Assembly: GCA_965197925.1 (NCBI GenBank)
Contig: CBDAOC010000020.1
Location: 448,001-512,000, forward strand
Length of the DNA: 64,000 nucleotides
Reading direction: 5' to 3'
Origin: Nitrososphaerales archaeon
Lineage (GTDB): Archaea > Thermoproteota > Nitrososphaeria > Nitrososphaerales > UBA213
The notes under the pieces were generated by a model, which worked only from the letters and a program-made list of their open reading frames with translations, was not told the origin of the DNA and did no database searches. Positions 1 to 10,813 of this stretch are shown in pieces; position 1 is the first letter of the stretch, and each line of letters begins with the position of its first letter. The translations under genes were made by a program, and so were the position numbers.

Positions 1-2
1 AG

Positions 3-809
3 ACTTATGAAGTTGTTGTGCTTGACATGATGGCATCGGGCGAAGCATTGCGCTATCTGTACTTTCCAAAACTAATAGGCAGTTTGAATAAACGACTCAT
101 GAATTTGGCGGGGTTGTTTAGTGGTGTAGGTAGGATATTCGAGTCAATTGCAAGAATACCAGCCCCAAGTTCTGCAATACTTAAGCTAGAAGTTGAACTT
201 GTCGAAAAGCTTGAGAGGCTAGCTGACATCATAAAGGACCATAAGGTAACAACGATTAGGTTAGTTGCAAACCCAGACACTTTTAGCATAGAGAACGCAA
301 AGCGTGCATTCATGTCAGCAAATCTATTTGGAATTAATGTTGATATGGCAGTAATAAACAGAATAATGCCCAAGGTTGACAATCCTTATTTTTCCAAATG
401 GGCAGATTTCCAAGCAGAAAAGGTAAGGGAAGCAGAAGCAAACTTTTATCCACTTCCTGTGAAGAAACTTAGGCTATTTGAAAGTGAGTTGAAGGGAATT
501 GAGATGCTAGAAAGATATAGCGATGAACTGTTTGAAAGTGAAGAACCTACACATATTTTCTATAAAGGTGAACCATTTAACTTCGAAGTAGTGGACCAAA
601 CTTTCAAAATGAAAGTGAAAGTACCATTTACGGAAAAGGATGATTTTGATATAGAGCGATTTGGCGATCAAATAACAATAAAGGTTAGAAATGAGGTGGG
701 TCAGCTGGTTAATATAATTCCCCTTCCCGCTGCCACTATGGGAATGAAGATATCTAAAGCAAAGCTCATGGGAGATCAACTGAATATACTGTTTGAGAAA
801 GCAGTATGA
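3..809 (+). CDS. ArsA/GET3-family ATPase with C-terminal HSP20-like domain (5' partial)
   Basis: Frame open from window start: YEVVVLDMMASGEALRYL (switch II region), RLVANPD...IENAKRA, AVINRI, and a beta-rich C-terminal tail typical of ArsA-HSP20 proteins. Confidence 0.8.
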   Translation, partial: TYEVVVLDMMASGEALRYLYFPKLIGSLNKRLMNLAGLFSGVGRIFESIARIPAPSSAILKLEVELVEKLERLADIIKDHKVTTIRLVANPDTFSIENAKRAFMSANLFGINVDMAVINRIMPKVDNPYFSKWADFQAEKVREAEANFYPLPVKKLRLFESELKGIEMLERYSDELFESEEPTHIFYKGEPFNFEVVDQTFKMKVKVPFTEKDDFDIERFGDQITIKVRNEVGQLVNIIPLPAATMGMKISKAKLMGDQLNILFEKAV

Positions 810-887
810 TCACTCGACCTTTATTTTTTCTTTGTTAATTTTAATCTCCCTTTCCATAAGCTCTACATATTTTTCTACGTAATTATC

Positions 888-1980
888 TGAGGCTTGGGCG
901 TAATTTAGTTCGAAACGATAAGATCAGGTTCCATTTTTCATTGTTGATATGTTTAGCTCAGACTCGATACTCCTTCGTATATTATTTTTGATTGACGTGA
1001 TTCCTTGGTCAAAACCTAATAGGAAAAGGGTAGACCATTCTACTATTCTCCTACAGTAATGGTGAGATGCTTCATCGTTAGAGTATGGATAAGAATACCA
1101 AGCAACAATGCTTTGCATGAATACTTTTCGATAGACATGCCATACAACAGGAAGGTAATGAAGGCATGTGGTCTTGATAGGTTTCCAGATAAAAGAACAT
1201 TCGACAGAAGGTCAAGGCCATATCAATTGACATAAGATCAAGGATAGGTGCTATGGGTATGCTCTTCATAAAAGATGGGTTGGTAGACCCAGCCATAGTA
1301 TCCGTTGACAGTTCCTTGTTGAAGGCAAAGGGACATGTATGGCACAAATCTAGCATGAAGAAGAATGAAGTGCCACGCTCCGGTATAGATACAGATGCTC
1401 GATGGGAATTCAGCAGAACCAAGGGATGGATATTCGGATACAAGATGCATCTAGCATGTAGCACAGGTTCGTTGATAGTTCCATTATCAGCTGATTTCAC
1501 AACAGCTAACATTACTGATAACAAGATGTATGAAAGTATGACATCTTCATTGCCTACAGGAATGGTAAGGTATGTTGTAGGAGATGAAGGATATGATGAT
1601 CACAAGTTATGTGATTTCAGCAGGTATAGAGGGCATCCAGTATTCCCATTGGAAAGGTACAAGCATACTACAGATAATAGACTGGCATTGCTGCAGTTCT
1701 ATCAATCTGAATATGGACAGCATGTATATTCTCGGAGGAGCATAAGCGTTGAGCCATTGATAGAGCAGATAAAGGATGTATTTACCATAGATCCATTGCC
1801 AGTTAGAGGGTTCGATAAAGCTAGGAGCATCGTTCTGATTTCTATATTGCTATACCAGCTGATGGTATACTACAACTACTTGACAGGAAGACCATTAAGG
1901 GCATTGAAGTATATGTTGGGAAGCTAATCAATCAGAGGCATCAAGTTATTTTTGTTATATGGAATAATGCCCATGCCTCA
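888..1980 (+). mobile_element. IS4/IS5-superfamily IS (DDE_Tnp_1-type transposase, frameshifted), family A copy 1
   Basis: Imperfect TIRs TGAGGCTTGGGCGTAATT / AATAATGCCCATGCCTCA; transposase runs from ATG 949 through several frameshifts to 1927 (VDSS, DTDARW, FGYKMH, GDEGYD, RSISVEP). Confidence 0.85.
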
Positions 1981-1981
1981 A

Positions 1982-3367
1982 CTAGTTACTGACTTCACAG
2001 CGGAATAGCGCCTCGCCGTTCTGGCAAAAGTCTTCCCCAACATCATTCTCACCGCCATCTAACCTACTCTACCTACACCACCAAACAGGTTATCATCTCC
2101 ATCCTGTCCGTTAAGGGTGTCATCGCCTTCACCACCGCCTAAGTTATCGTTACCATCCCCACCAAATATTTTATCATCTCCATCTCCACCACATAATAGA
2201 TCATTACCACCCAGTCCAATTATGGTATCATTTCCTCCCAGACCGTGAATCACGTCAACCTATCCCGTTCCTACGATAAAGTCATTGCCCGCAGTGCCCA
2301 CAATGGTAGGTTCTAGTAAGTTGCAGTTGAGTGCCCCTGTTGTTTCCCTTAATGATAGATCTCCAGTTAATTTGGTGATGAAGATGTCAAAAATATCATA
2401 ATGGGTTTCATCAAAAGCCCCAGTGGTTGTTGGATAATTGCTTGATCGGGTGTCACCGGTCACGAACACATTGTCTGAGCTATCGAGGGCTATAGTAACA
2501 TCAAATACCTCAAGAAAAATCCCACCATCAGTACTACTCCCACCAATGAATGTGGATGCTAGAAGAGGATCAATAACTAAAGGAAAATGAGGGTCATAAT
2601 CACCCACTGCAAAACCATATGTGTTACCATCTACAAGATACGACGCTTCCACATCTTTCTGCAGCCCATCTATATCTTGAAATGCTACGGGCTTTGTCAT
2701 AGCAAGATCTCCAAGCTTTGTCTCTAGAATGAGTTCACCCTCTTCATCAACATTAAAACCCAGGACTCCATCCAATGAAAGTCTGATATCCTCAACACTC
2801 CCCCCTGGATACACCTTGAAGATCTTCTCTATATTGGCTCCATAAGCCTTTAACTCAACATCAACCGATGGCCAGAGTTCGCCCAAAGAGACAGCATTAT
2901 ACGTTGGTACATTGGAACGCCAGTTTTCCTCATCACCAACAAAATAATTTATTTACTATTGAATCGCTTCTATCCAAACCTGTAGGATGCAAAGCTTCAT
3001 CGGTGAGAAAACTTTCCTTGAGAGCTACACCTTGTATTTGATTTTCTATGTCTTCTTCCTTTGGAGAGCTTTTCATTAATGAGTAAGTTATATCATCTTC
3101 AGTAACAAAGGCAGTACCTACAAAAGTGCTGGCATAATACTTTACATCCTCATGTGTTTGTCCATTATTTTCTATGAATGGTAGATTGACCTTGGCAAGC
3201 ATTTTAGTATCTACTTGAGTATCAGTTGTGGATAGTTCCAGTTTTTTAATATCATTGTTATCAGAACCTTGCATATATGACGATGGCATAGTCACAGCTA
3301 TAATGGAACCTAACACTACCGTCATCATAAAAATTGACAATATAGTTGCTGACCAACGCCCCCACAT
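1982..3367 (-). pseudogene. Secreted SBBP/beta-propeller protein with C-terminal RTX-type Ca-binding repeats, frameshifted
   Basis: ORF pieces 2933-3445, 2260-2886 and 2059-2253 join up: signal/TM segment, FIENNGQ, YDPHFPLVIDP, ASTFIGG, VFVTGDTRSSNYPTT, GGxGND repeats. Confidence 0.8.
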
Positions 3368-3889
3368 CGTGAATACATATTTCTGATAGGTTATAAGTAA
3401 AGTGTAATGGATAAACCGGTAAATATGGCATAATTGTCTAAACATATTATCTATGTATCAGTATCTTATATTATCAGTAAGAAAAGTTACGTGGCAAAAC
3501 ATTATAGAACAAATTTGTTACATTAACTTTTGGTAATCACACAGACTATATTTGAAGTTCGTGATATTAACAATTAGTTGGCAGGTATTCGGCTACAAAT
3601 TTAGAGCGCACCAAATGCTATCTTTCTCCTCGAAAGAAAATATCTTCCAAACTTTTGATATAATAACGTACTAGATTCTATATAGTTCTATATAGATTCT
3701 ATAGAACATTTTTCCTAAGACCATTACCTTCTATTAACGCCCCATTCATTTATTCGTCTTCATAGATCTCTTTCTTAAGACGTTTTTTTTCATGACATTC
3801 CCTATGTCCCCATCCACTCTCTTTACAAAACTTCAAGATCTTTTTTCCCATGGGGTCATTAGGTTTCACTATGGCATCTCTTAAACTTA

Positions 3890-4933
3890 GAGCTTATCCG
3901 AAAATTAACATCACGGCCTGATTGTTTATACCGAAACAGATCTAGATCTGTTCTCTCTAGCTAAATTTGTGATAAAAGCTAAGAAAAAGAGCATGCCGAC
4001 CATATGGCATATACCAGACGATCTATGGGAAGAGTTCGAACTAGTGCTGCCGCCAAGGAAACCAGCAAGAACAGTTGGAAGGCCAGCTGTGCCATTTAGA
4101 AAAGTGTTGAATGGAATACTGTACGTATTAAGAACTGGATGCCAGCGGAAGAAGGTGCCGAAAGAATTTGGTTCTGGCTCAACTTGCCATGCAAGATTTC
4201 AGGAATGGATTGGGATAGGAGTATTCGAGAAGGTATGGAAGAGGCTGCTGGAAATATATGATGAATTGAAGAGCATGGGATGGGACTGGCAATCCATGGA
4301 TAGCGTACCGAAGGCCCCATTAGGGGGAAAACGACCGGAGCAAACCCAACGGATAGAGACAAGCTAGGTACCAAACGTCACATGCTGGTTGATAGAAGAA
4401 GTATTCCTCTCTCATCTGTAATTACTGGAGCAAACAAGCACGATATGAAATCAGCCTTTCCTACAATAGATAGCATTGTTGTTGATAGGCCCAAAGTTAA
4501 ACAGAACATATGCATGAATAGGATATGATATGATTTCCCTGAGATAGAGTATGGAGTTAGGAAGGGGATATGTGGATCACATTCGTCGTAAGGGTGAAGT
4601 GTTGAAAAAGAATTTGTACAAAGCAAAGAGATGGGTTGTAGAAAGAACCGCATCTTGGCATAACAGGTTCAGAAAGTTATTGGTAAGGTTCGAGAAGAAG
4701 GAAAATTATCAGGCGCTAGTAGAATTTGCTAACTGCCTAATAGTGTATAGAGCGATATATTGGTAGTGTCATAAACACGTTAATGCAACTGTTTCTAGTA
4801 TCTACTATCTACAATACTAATAAAATCAATAGTAAGAAAACTAAACCCGACAGTATGAACTAATATTCTTGCATTCTAAATGATATCATTTCTACCAATC
4901 ATTAACTATCAGCTAGAATTTTAGGATAGGCTC
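3890..4933 (+). mobile_element. IS5-family element, family B copy 1
   Basis: TIRs GAGCTTATCCGAAAATT / AATTTTAGGATAGGCTC; TTA duplicated on both sides; orfA (ILYVLRTGCQ) and orfB (RWVVER..SWHNRFR). Confidence 0.92.
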
Positions 4934-5029
4934 TTAATTGCATGACTTGCTAGATCAATGATAGATCAAATGAATTTCGTAGAGAACAGTTATATTGAAT
5001 CGAAGTGTCGCAAAAGCTAGATCTTAAGT

Positions 5030-5335
5030 ATGGGAAAAAGAAAAGTTCTCAGCGAATCAGAACTAAAGGAAAAGGTGCTACCCAAGGAGGGAGAGTTATT
5101 GGGTAGGGTTGTAAAATTGCCTGGGGGTGACCACGTAATTGTTAGATGTACAGACGGGAAGGTAAGGGTCTGCAGGATAAGAGGGAAAATGAAAAGGAGG
5201 ATGTGGGTTAGAGAAAATGATGTTGTTCTTGTTGTCCCGTGGGACTTTCAGGATAATAAGGCGGATATTGTTTGGCGATATATCGGTGCCCACGCACAGT
5301 GGCTTGTAAACAACAAGTACATCACGAAGGAATGA
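5030..5335 (+). CDS. eif1a: Translation initiation factor aIF-1A
   Basis: GRVVKLPGGDHVIVRCTDGKVRVCRIRGKMKRRMWVRENDVVLV..W..KADIVWRY. Confidence 0.96.
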   Translation: MGKRKVLSESELKEKVLPKEGELLGRVVKLPGGDHVIVRCTDGKVRVCRIRGKMKRRMWVRENDVVLVVPWDFQDNKADIVWRYIGAHAQWLVNNKYITKE

Positions 5336-5665
5336 TATCAGTAATTATCTATAGATTATCGTTTTTCATAATCTTGATCCAAATAGTAGATCGCGCGATT
5401 TCATTGTTTTTGGAACTTGTGAACACGGTTTGTGGGCAACGAAATTCTTTTGCGTACATCTAGTAGTTTGGGAGTCTTTAGGGAAGACCTAAATTTCTAT
5501 CCATGGCTTGAGTCCTCTTGCCTTTAGGTGCAAGATGGGTAGTAGTTTTCCGTCGGCATACTTGTTTTTACCTATCTATCATCATGGCAAAACAACGATG
5601 AGTCATCTTGTAAATCCTGTCTTAAAAAATGCTTTTTCCATAACCTATATTGCATAATAAGAAGA

Positions 5666-5767
5666 TGCGGGAGGTGGGATTTGAACCCACGAACCCCTAA
5701 GAGACAGGGTCCTAAGCTTCGCACTCAAAAGAGACCTGCGCCGTTGGCCAGGCTTGGCAACTCCCGC
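5666..5767 (-). tRNA. tRNA-Leu(TAG) with 17-nt intron at 30/31 (intron 5718-5734)
   Basis: Cloverleaf GCGGGAG/CTCCCGC, long variable arm, TTCAAAT T-loop; removing TCTCTTTTGAGTGCGAA restores CAGGG-CTTAGGA-CCCTG. Confidence 0.92.
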
Positions 5768-5924
5768 ATATCAATTGGCAATATGATCATGAATTTATCA
5801 TTATTGATTGTGGGAATGCAATATCGTCAAATAGAATTTTTTGTAGAAAAAACCCTTCATATCTTACTGTCATCGTACTATTGGGTGGGTTAAAATTTAA
5901 TAAAGATGGGGTAAAAAGGAATAG

Positions 5925-6401
5925 ATGAAAATCGTCGAACATGTGATTTCAGTAATATTTTCAGTCTGGGGAACGGAGGAGGGCCTCTTCAAGCATGGTA
6001 AGGAAGGGATGCTTATCTTGACTAAAAAGAGAGTGGCATTTATCTTAAAAACGACGATGAGTTTGATCTGGTGGCAGAATGAAGTAGAAAGACAATTGAA
6101 GGTGTTCAAACAATCAAATAATACAATAAGGGTATCGGAGGAATACACTGCTGAACGTTTGGAAAAGGATTTGGAAATAGAAAGTAATATGAATATTCCG
6201 CTAAATCTTGTTATAAGTGTAGAAGCAAAAAGAAGGGGTTGGGGTTCTGAGCTCAAGTTAAAATTCAGGCAAAATAAACAGGTAAGGGCATACACGTTCG
6301 CTATTGTGAAAGGATGGACTACTTATCCCTTGAAAGATCCAATTGCCTTCCTGAATGTTGACTGGTGTCCATGGGTCAATGCTATTAGAACGAACGTTTA
6401 A
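5925..6401 (+). CDS. Hypothetical protein, possibly PH-like fold
   Basis: Intact 158-aa ORF; GMLILTKKRVAF..IPL..VISVE pattern. Confidence 0.6.
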   Translation: MKIVEHVISVIFSVWGTEEGLFKHGKEGMLILTKKRVAFILKTTMSLIWWQNEVERQLKVFKQSNNTIRVSEEYTAERLEKDLEIESNMNIPLNLVISVEAKRRGWGSELKLKFRQNKQVRAYTFAIVKGWTTYPLKDPIAFLNVDWCPWVNAIRTNV

Positions 6402-6436
6402 TACATTTTTAAATCCTATGAAATCTTTGTAAGTTA

Positions 6437-7090
6437 ATGGGAAAAGTCTATTGTGTTGGTGTCGGACCGGGATCTCAAGAATATATTACAGTAAAAGCTG
6501 AAAATGTTATAGAAAAGTCTGATATTATAATTGGGTACAAGCATAGTTTAGACGTTATAAGGAATTTACTTGACGGCAAGGATGTTAGGCAGATATCTTT
6601 AATGACGCAGGAAGGGGTTTATATGGATATTGCTGATAGTTTAGGTGAAAAAACTTGTACGGTGACTTTTACGGGTGATCCTAATTTTTCTGAATCTGAA
6701 GTGGTTGATCGCCTGATAGAGATCTTTGATGATGTGGAAATTATACCAGGAATAAGTTCCATACAGGTGGCTGCTTCGAAATCTAGAATACCTATTGATA
6801 AGAGTGAGTTGATAACATTTCACAAGACAGGTAGTATAGAGAAGGAAAAGGAAGCGCTATTATATGCTTTAAAAAACTACAGAAATGCAATTATCCTCCC
6901 ACGACCTTGGGACTTTATGCCTCAACATGTAGTACAATTTTTGGAAGAAAATAGGGTTGATACCAATAGATTGAATGTTGACATATATGAATTCCTCACG
7001 CTGAGATCTGAGAGAATTAGTAAAGGCTTCTTAGGTAAAATTGAAGATAGAAATTACAGCGACCTCTGTGTGATGGTAATTTACTTGTAA
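6437..7090 (+). CDS. cbiE: Precorrin-6Y/cobalt-precorrin-7 C5-methyltransferase (CbiE)
   Basis: VYCVGVGPG, TGDPNF, IIPGISSIQVAA, YEFLT..SERI tetrapyrrole methylase motifs. Confidence 0.85.
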   Translation: MGKVYCVGVGPGSQEYITVKAENVIEKSDIIIGYKHSLDVIRNLLDGKDVRQISLMTQEGVYMDIADSLGEKTCTVTFTGDPNFSESEVVDRLIEIFDDVEIIPGISSIQVAASKSRIPIDKSELITFHKTGSIEKEKEALLYALKNYRNAIILPRPWDFMPQHVVQFLEENRVDTNRLNVDIYEFLTLRSERISKGFLGKIEDRNYSDLCVMVIYL

Positions 7091-7326
7091 TTTAAGGAAT
7101 TGAATCTGGGGAAGCCAACATGAGAATTTTATGATACATTTTTATGATAATTAGACGCGTCCCACGTTGGTTGAAATCTTTGCCAAGTAAGTAACAGAAA
7201 TACGAATCGAGACGAATGTTAGGGTCTCTAATTATGGGTCTTATATGTGGATTAGTTTCCTTAAAGAGTGAAATTTGGAAACTCTATCTCTGGATCACGA
7301 CAATGAATTTGATGAAAATGCTAATT

Positions 7327-8061
7327 TTATGCTATGCCGGCTTGATTGCTTTGTTCTATAGCCTTTTCTGGATAAGAAAATTGATCCTTTAGGATGTTCT
7401 TTTTCTCCTCCTCTTCATCGAGCTCGCTCATGCTAAATGGCTTTATTCCAAGCATATCTAATAATACCTTTAGAATACTTTGAACGGTTTTTGGTTGAAT
7501 GAAGTTGGGGTTATCTATCTCCCCAAGTATACAAGCTGCATCCAAACCACGCTCCTTTGCTATACCAAGAATGAGGCCATTGAAACCTGTTATTTGGCCT
7601 TCGCCTTCTAGCATTGATATGCCTTTGTTCTTCATTTGTTCTACTAGAGCTTCGCTGTTAACAGCACCTAAGACTTTAGGTTCTGCGCCAGTCTCTTGCC
7701 TTAGCGCCGCCCCAATGGAATAGAGTCGTTTGGCATTCATGCGTTGTGCCATTTGTACGACTTCATAACATATCTCATACAACCTCTTGGGATCTATTGG
7801 ATTGAATTCACCAGAAAAAATTAATAGATTCTCCCTTTCTAGATAATAGAACTTATAACTTGATTGACTATAATCGATCAGACCATTCTTGTAGAAAACA
7901 AATGGAGGCCAGTAGGAATAGATTTCTGCGAATAGTTGTGCGTTCAGCTTCTCTATCATGTACCTAACTCCAATGCCAGCAACATTGCCCATGTCAGGAA
8001 GTGCTGCAAGCATATTAGGTGACTTAAGCTTTGGAAAGCTATGAATTTTTATTCCTAACAT
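7327..8061 (-). CDS. PAC2-family proteasome assembly chaperone
   Basis: ALPDMGNVAG, ITGFNGLILG, CILGE motifs. Confidence 0.85.
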   Translation of the reverse strand: MLGIKIHSFPKLKSPNMLAALPDMGNVAGIGVRYMIEKLNAQLFAEIYSYWPPFVFYKNGLIDYSQSSYKFYYLERENLLIFSGEFNPIDPKRLYEICYEVVQMAQRMNAKRLYSIGAALRQETGAEPKVLGAVNSEALVEQMKNKGISMLEGEGQITGFNGLILGIAKERGLDAACILGEIDNPNFIQPKTVQSILKVLLDMLGIKPFSMSELDEEEEKKNILKDQFSYPEKAIEQSNQAGIA

Positions 8062-8119
8062 CTAAGGGGGGGAAAGGTAAAACTTCGATAAAAACCCTTA
8101 GCTTTCAACTAGTGCAAGT

Positions 8120-8665
8120 TTAGTCTTGGCTATTGAATGCTTCAATCATGTAGAACTCAACGAATGCGCTAGCGAAAAGAATGGTGGCAACTATAACAAA
8201 CTCGATCATAAAAGTAGTAAGCAATGAGACTATTAGGCGCTGGTTACGGGCAATTGGATTTTTGAATATTCTAATAATTGAATTTGTCAATATTGCACTT
8301 CTTGACATAGCTATTCCATATGAACAGATTTCCATGACGCCGAAAGGAGTTGCGAGCAAAGCTAGGGGGGAGATGTTTGTTAGCTCCGGAGTGGTCTGAA
8401 CGAGGGCGTTGAACATTATTCCTGTGGAGAACGCGGCTGTGACTCCTACCAGAATTCCAAGCGCAGGTACAAACATAAGGATTGCGATTCTAAAATTGTG
8501 CAGGAAAATATCTATAGCATTTATCATTTCTACCATTTCTGAAAATTCGTCCTTTAGTTTCGTTGCTGTGTCGTAGGTCAATTCGGAAGCGGCTCCTACT
8601 AAATAAGCAATAACAAAAACAGCAACTGCGATTGTTACAAAAAGCAGTCTTTTATTCATGGTCAT
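8120..8665 (-). CDS. SpoIIM-family membrane protein
   Basis: IFLHNFRIA..FVP, TPFGVME, SAFVE; multiple TM helices. Confidence 0.8.
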   Translation of the reverse strand: MTMNKRLLFVTIAVAVFVIAYLVGAASELTYDTATKLKDEFSEMVEMINAIDIFLHNFRIAILMFVPALGILVGVTAAFSTGIMFNALVQTTPELTNISPLALLATPFGVMEICSYGIAMSRSAILTNSIIRIFKNPIARNQRLIVSLLTTFMIEFVIVATILFASAFVEFYMIEAFNSQD

Positions 8666-8703
8666 ATAAGCAAGTATGAAGAGTTTCTATTTCTATCTTC
8701 AGA

Positions 8704-9903
8704 CTAAAGTAATGTAGTTGTGATAGCATCTTCTTTGAAAACATTCTTAACAATCGATGGTGAAATTGCCAAGGAAAGTTTTTTTGTTCTACCATATCTT
8801 CCATGACTGATCACTGGAGCTGAAATTAGACCAAGAGTATCTAGAGAGCTGATGATCATGCTAGTACGGCGTTGGGTGACAGGTTGTAATCCGAGTTTCT
8901 TACAGAGTTCAAGATATTGTTCAAAGACGTCTCCGGTAGATAATTTTTTAGAAAGCATTACGCTATATACTATAAGTTTTTCGTGTATTGATAAAGAACG
9001 TAAAGCCTCACTCGAAGTATCTTGTTCAATCTTTTGGGCAGCAATTCTAACATGTTTTTCATCTACGAAAAGATCGCCTTGTCGTTCCGCGACATCTCCT
9101 GATACACGTAGTAAATCTACGGCTCTTCTAGCATCACCATGTTCTGAACCTGCCATTGCTGCACAAAGATTTATCGCTGATTCGTTTACTATATTTTCAT
9201 GAAACCCAAATAATGTTCTTTCTTTCAAGATTCCACGCAACTCATCAACTTTGTAAGGAGGAAAGACTATTTCTTCTTCGCTCAAACTACTAAGCACCCT
9301 GGGATCAAGAAAGTCCTTGAAGTTAAGGTCGTTTGATATCCCTATCAAGCTCAAAGATCCTTTGGTTAATCTAGAATTTGATCTGGTCATTTCATATAAT
9401 ATCTTGTCGCCATGTTTTTTCACAAGTTCATCTATTTCATCAAGAATGAATACTGTGTTTATACCTAGATCATCTATGTATGATAATACTTTTGTGAATA
9501 AATCGCCAGACGCGAGCCCTGTTGGAGGAAGTTCCAGACCTATTTGGTTTCCAATTTGTACCAGAGCTGTATACTCTCTACTACTTTTGGTGTTTGTATA
9601 TGCTATTGCTATTTTTAGTTTTACTTTTTTTGCATGGTCTTTTAATCTCTTTAATACATATGAGACTACTGCTGTTTTGCCTGTACCAGGTTTACCATAT
9701 AGGAAAATGTTAGATGCTCTTACACCCTTTAGTAATGGAGAAAGAATTTCACCTACTTCCTTAATCTCTTTAGTTCTAAATAACAAACGGTCTGGAACAT
9801 AATCCGCCGTCAAAACTGTTCTATCCCTTATCAAAGGTTTTCGAGAAACGGCCTTCCTAAATACATCATTTAAAATATCCTCAGTCAACTTTGACACCCA
9901 CAC
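8704..9903 (-). CDS. cdc6: Orc1/Cdc6 replication initiator
   Basis: Walker A GKPGTGKT, Walker B ILDEID, HGDARRAVDLLR, C-terminal wHTH with GRYGRT. Confidence 0.97.
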   Translation of the reverse strand: MWVSKLTEDILNDVFRKAVSRKPLIRDRTVLTADYVPDRLLFRTKEIKEVGEILSPLLKGVRASNIFLYGKPGTGKTAVVSYVLKRLKDHAKKVKLKIAIAYTNTKSSREYTALVQIGNQIGLELPPTGLASGDLFTKVLSYIDDLGINTVFILDEIDELVKKHGDKILYEMTRSNSRLTKGSLSLIGISNDLNFKDFLDPRVLSSLSEEEIVFPPYKVDELRGILKERTLFGFHENIVNESAINLCAAMAGSEHGDARRAVDLLRVSGDVAERQGDLFVDEKHVRIAAQKIEQDTSSEALRSLSIHEKLIVYSVMLSKKLSTGDVFEQYLELCKKLGLQPVTQRRTSMIISSLDTLGLISAPVISHGRYGRTKKLSLAISPSIVKNVFKEDAITTTLL

Positions 9904-10432
9904 ACCATACCTTCTTATGCAAAATATTAATCTTAATAATTATTTTTTTTATATACTCTTATCCTAATATCTTTTAACAAATAAAGTCAATTATTATTAT
10001 AATTTCAGTCATTAGTTTATCATGTTATTTGATATTTAAAATCTAAAAGGCGTATAAATGATATTTGCTGATTCCATTAGATCATATGGTGTGTGAGGGT
10101 ATATTTATCTAAGAATTTCTTGTAGAAGAGAATATCACCTGATATACGTGTTAAGGAAGTGTTATCCCAGTGATAGAAAGGATTAGAATGGACTCTATTG
10201 CGGTATTGTAATGTTAACTTGGTTGTTAATTCTGTTAAGTAACTGCCTGACACCTCCATTTCCACTGGAAATACATTTTACACCTGATTATAACACCTCC
10301 ATTTCCACTGGATGTTAACTTGTTAACAAGTTCCATATTACCTCATAATGATCAATAAGTTCGATGGATCAAGTTAACACATTCTGGCGTATCTAGCTTA
10401 AGTGTTAACATGTTTAGGATCTGAGAACAACA
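9904..10432. promoter_or_regulatory. Probable replication origin oriC (AT-rich tract ~9920-10050; ORB boxes at 10250-10270 and 10293-10312)
   Basis: Two direct copies of ACACCTCCATTTCCACTGGA (reverse strand TCCAGTGGAAATGGAGGTGT, matching the ORB core plus G-string) upstream of cdc6. Confidence 0.85.
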
Positions 10433-10813
10433 TTGCGCAAGAAGATTAGGATTGAACTAGATGATGGGCAAGGCGGGAAGTACTCCCTGTCCCTAGAGGG
10501 TAATGTAACCCGGGAAAAAATTCTTAATGTTTTTGAGCTTATGCAATTACTAGACATGGAACAAACCTCAAAAGAGACAACACCTAACTCTAACTCAGTA
10601 GGTTCTAAAATCTGGACACTCGTAGACAATAAATTTAACTTTGGAGACTTTAATTCTTCTACATTACTGGAATCCTATGAAGACGAATATAGAGAACCCG
10701 TCAAACTAAGCATAATTTCTACATACCTTTCCAGATTTGCAGATAAGGGTATGCTGACTAGAAGTAAGAGTGGGAAGGAATGGTTATACCGAAAAGTAGT
10801 ACTCAAGCATTAG
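10433..10813 (+). CDS. Small predicted winged-helix DNA-binding protein next to oriC
   Basis: C-terminal LSIISTYLSRFADKGMLTRSKSGKEWLYR has a recognition-helix plus wing pattern. Confidence 0.7.
   Translation: MRKKIRIELDDGQGGKYSLSLEGNVTREKILNVFELMQLLDMEQTSKETTPNSNSVGSKIWTLVDNKFNFGDFNSSTLLESYEDEYREPVKLSIISTYLSRFADKGMLTRSKSGKEWLYRKVVLKH

Noticed and set aside
3671..3707. TTCTATATAG short tandem repeat
   Set aside because: Low complexity, about three degenerate units, no context
5681..5893. 70-aa ORF
   Set aside because: Antisense overlap with tRNA-Leu
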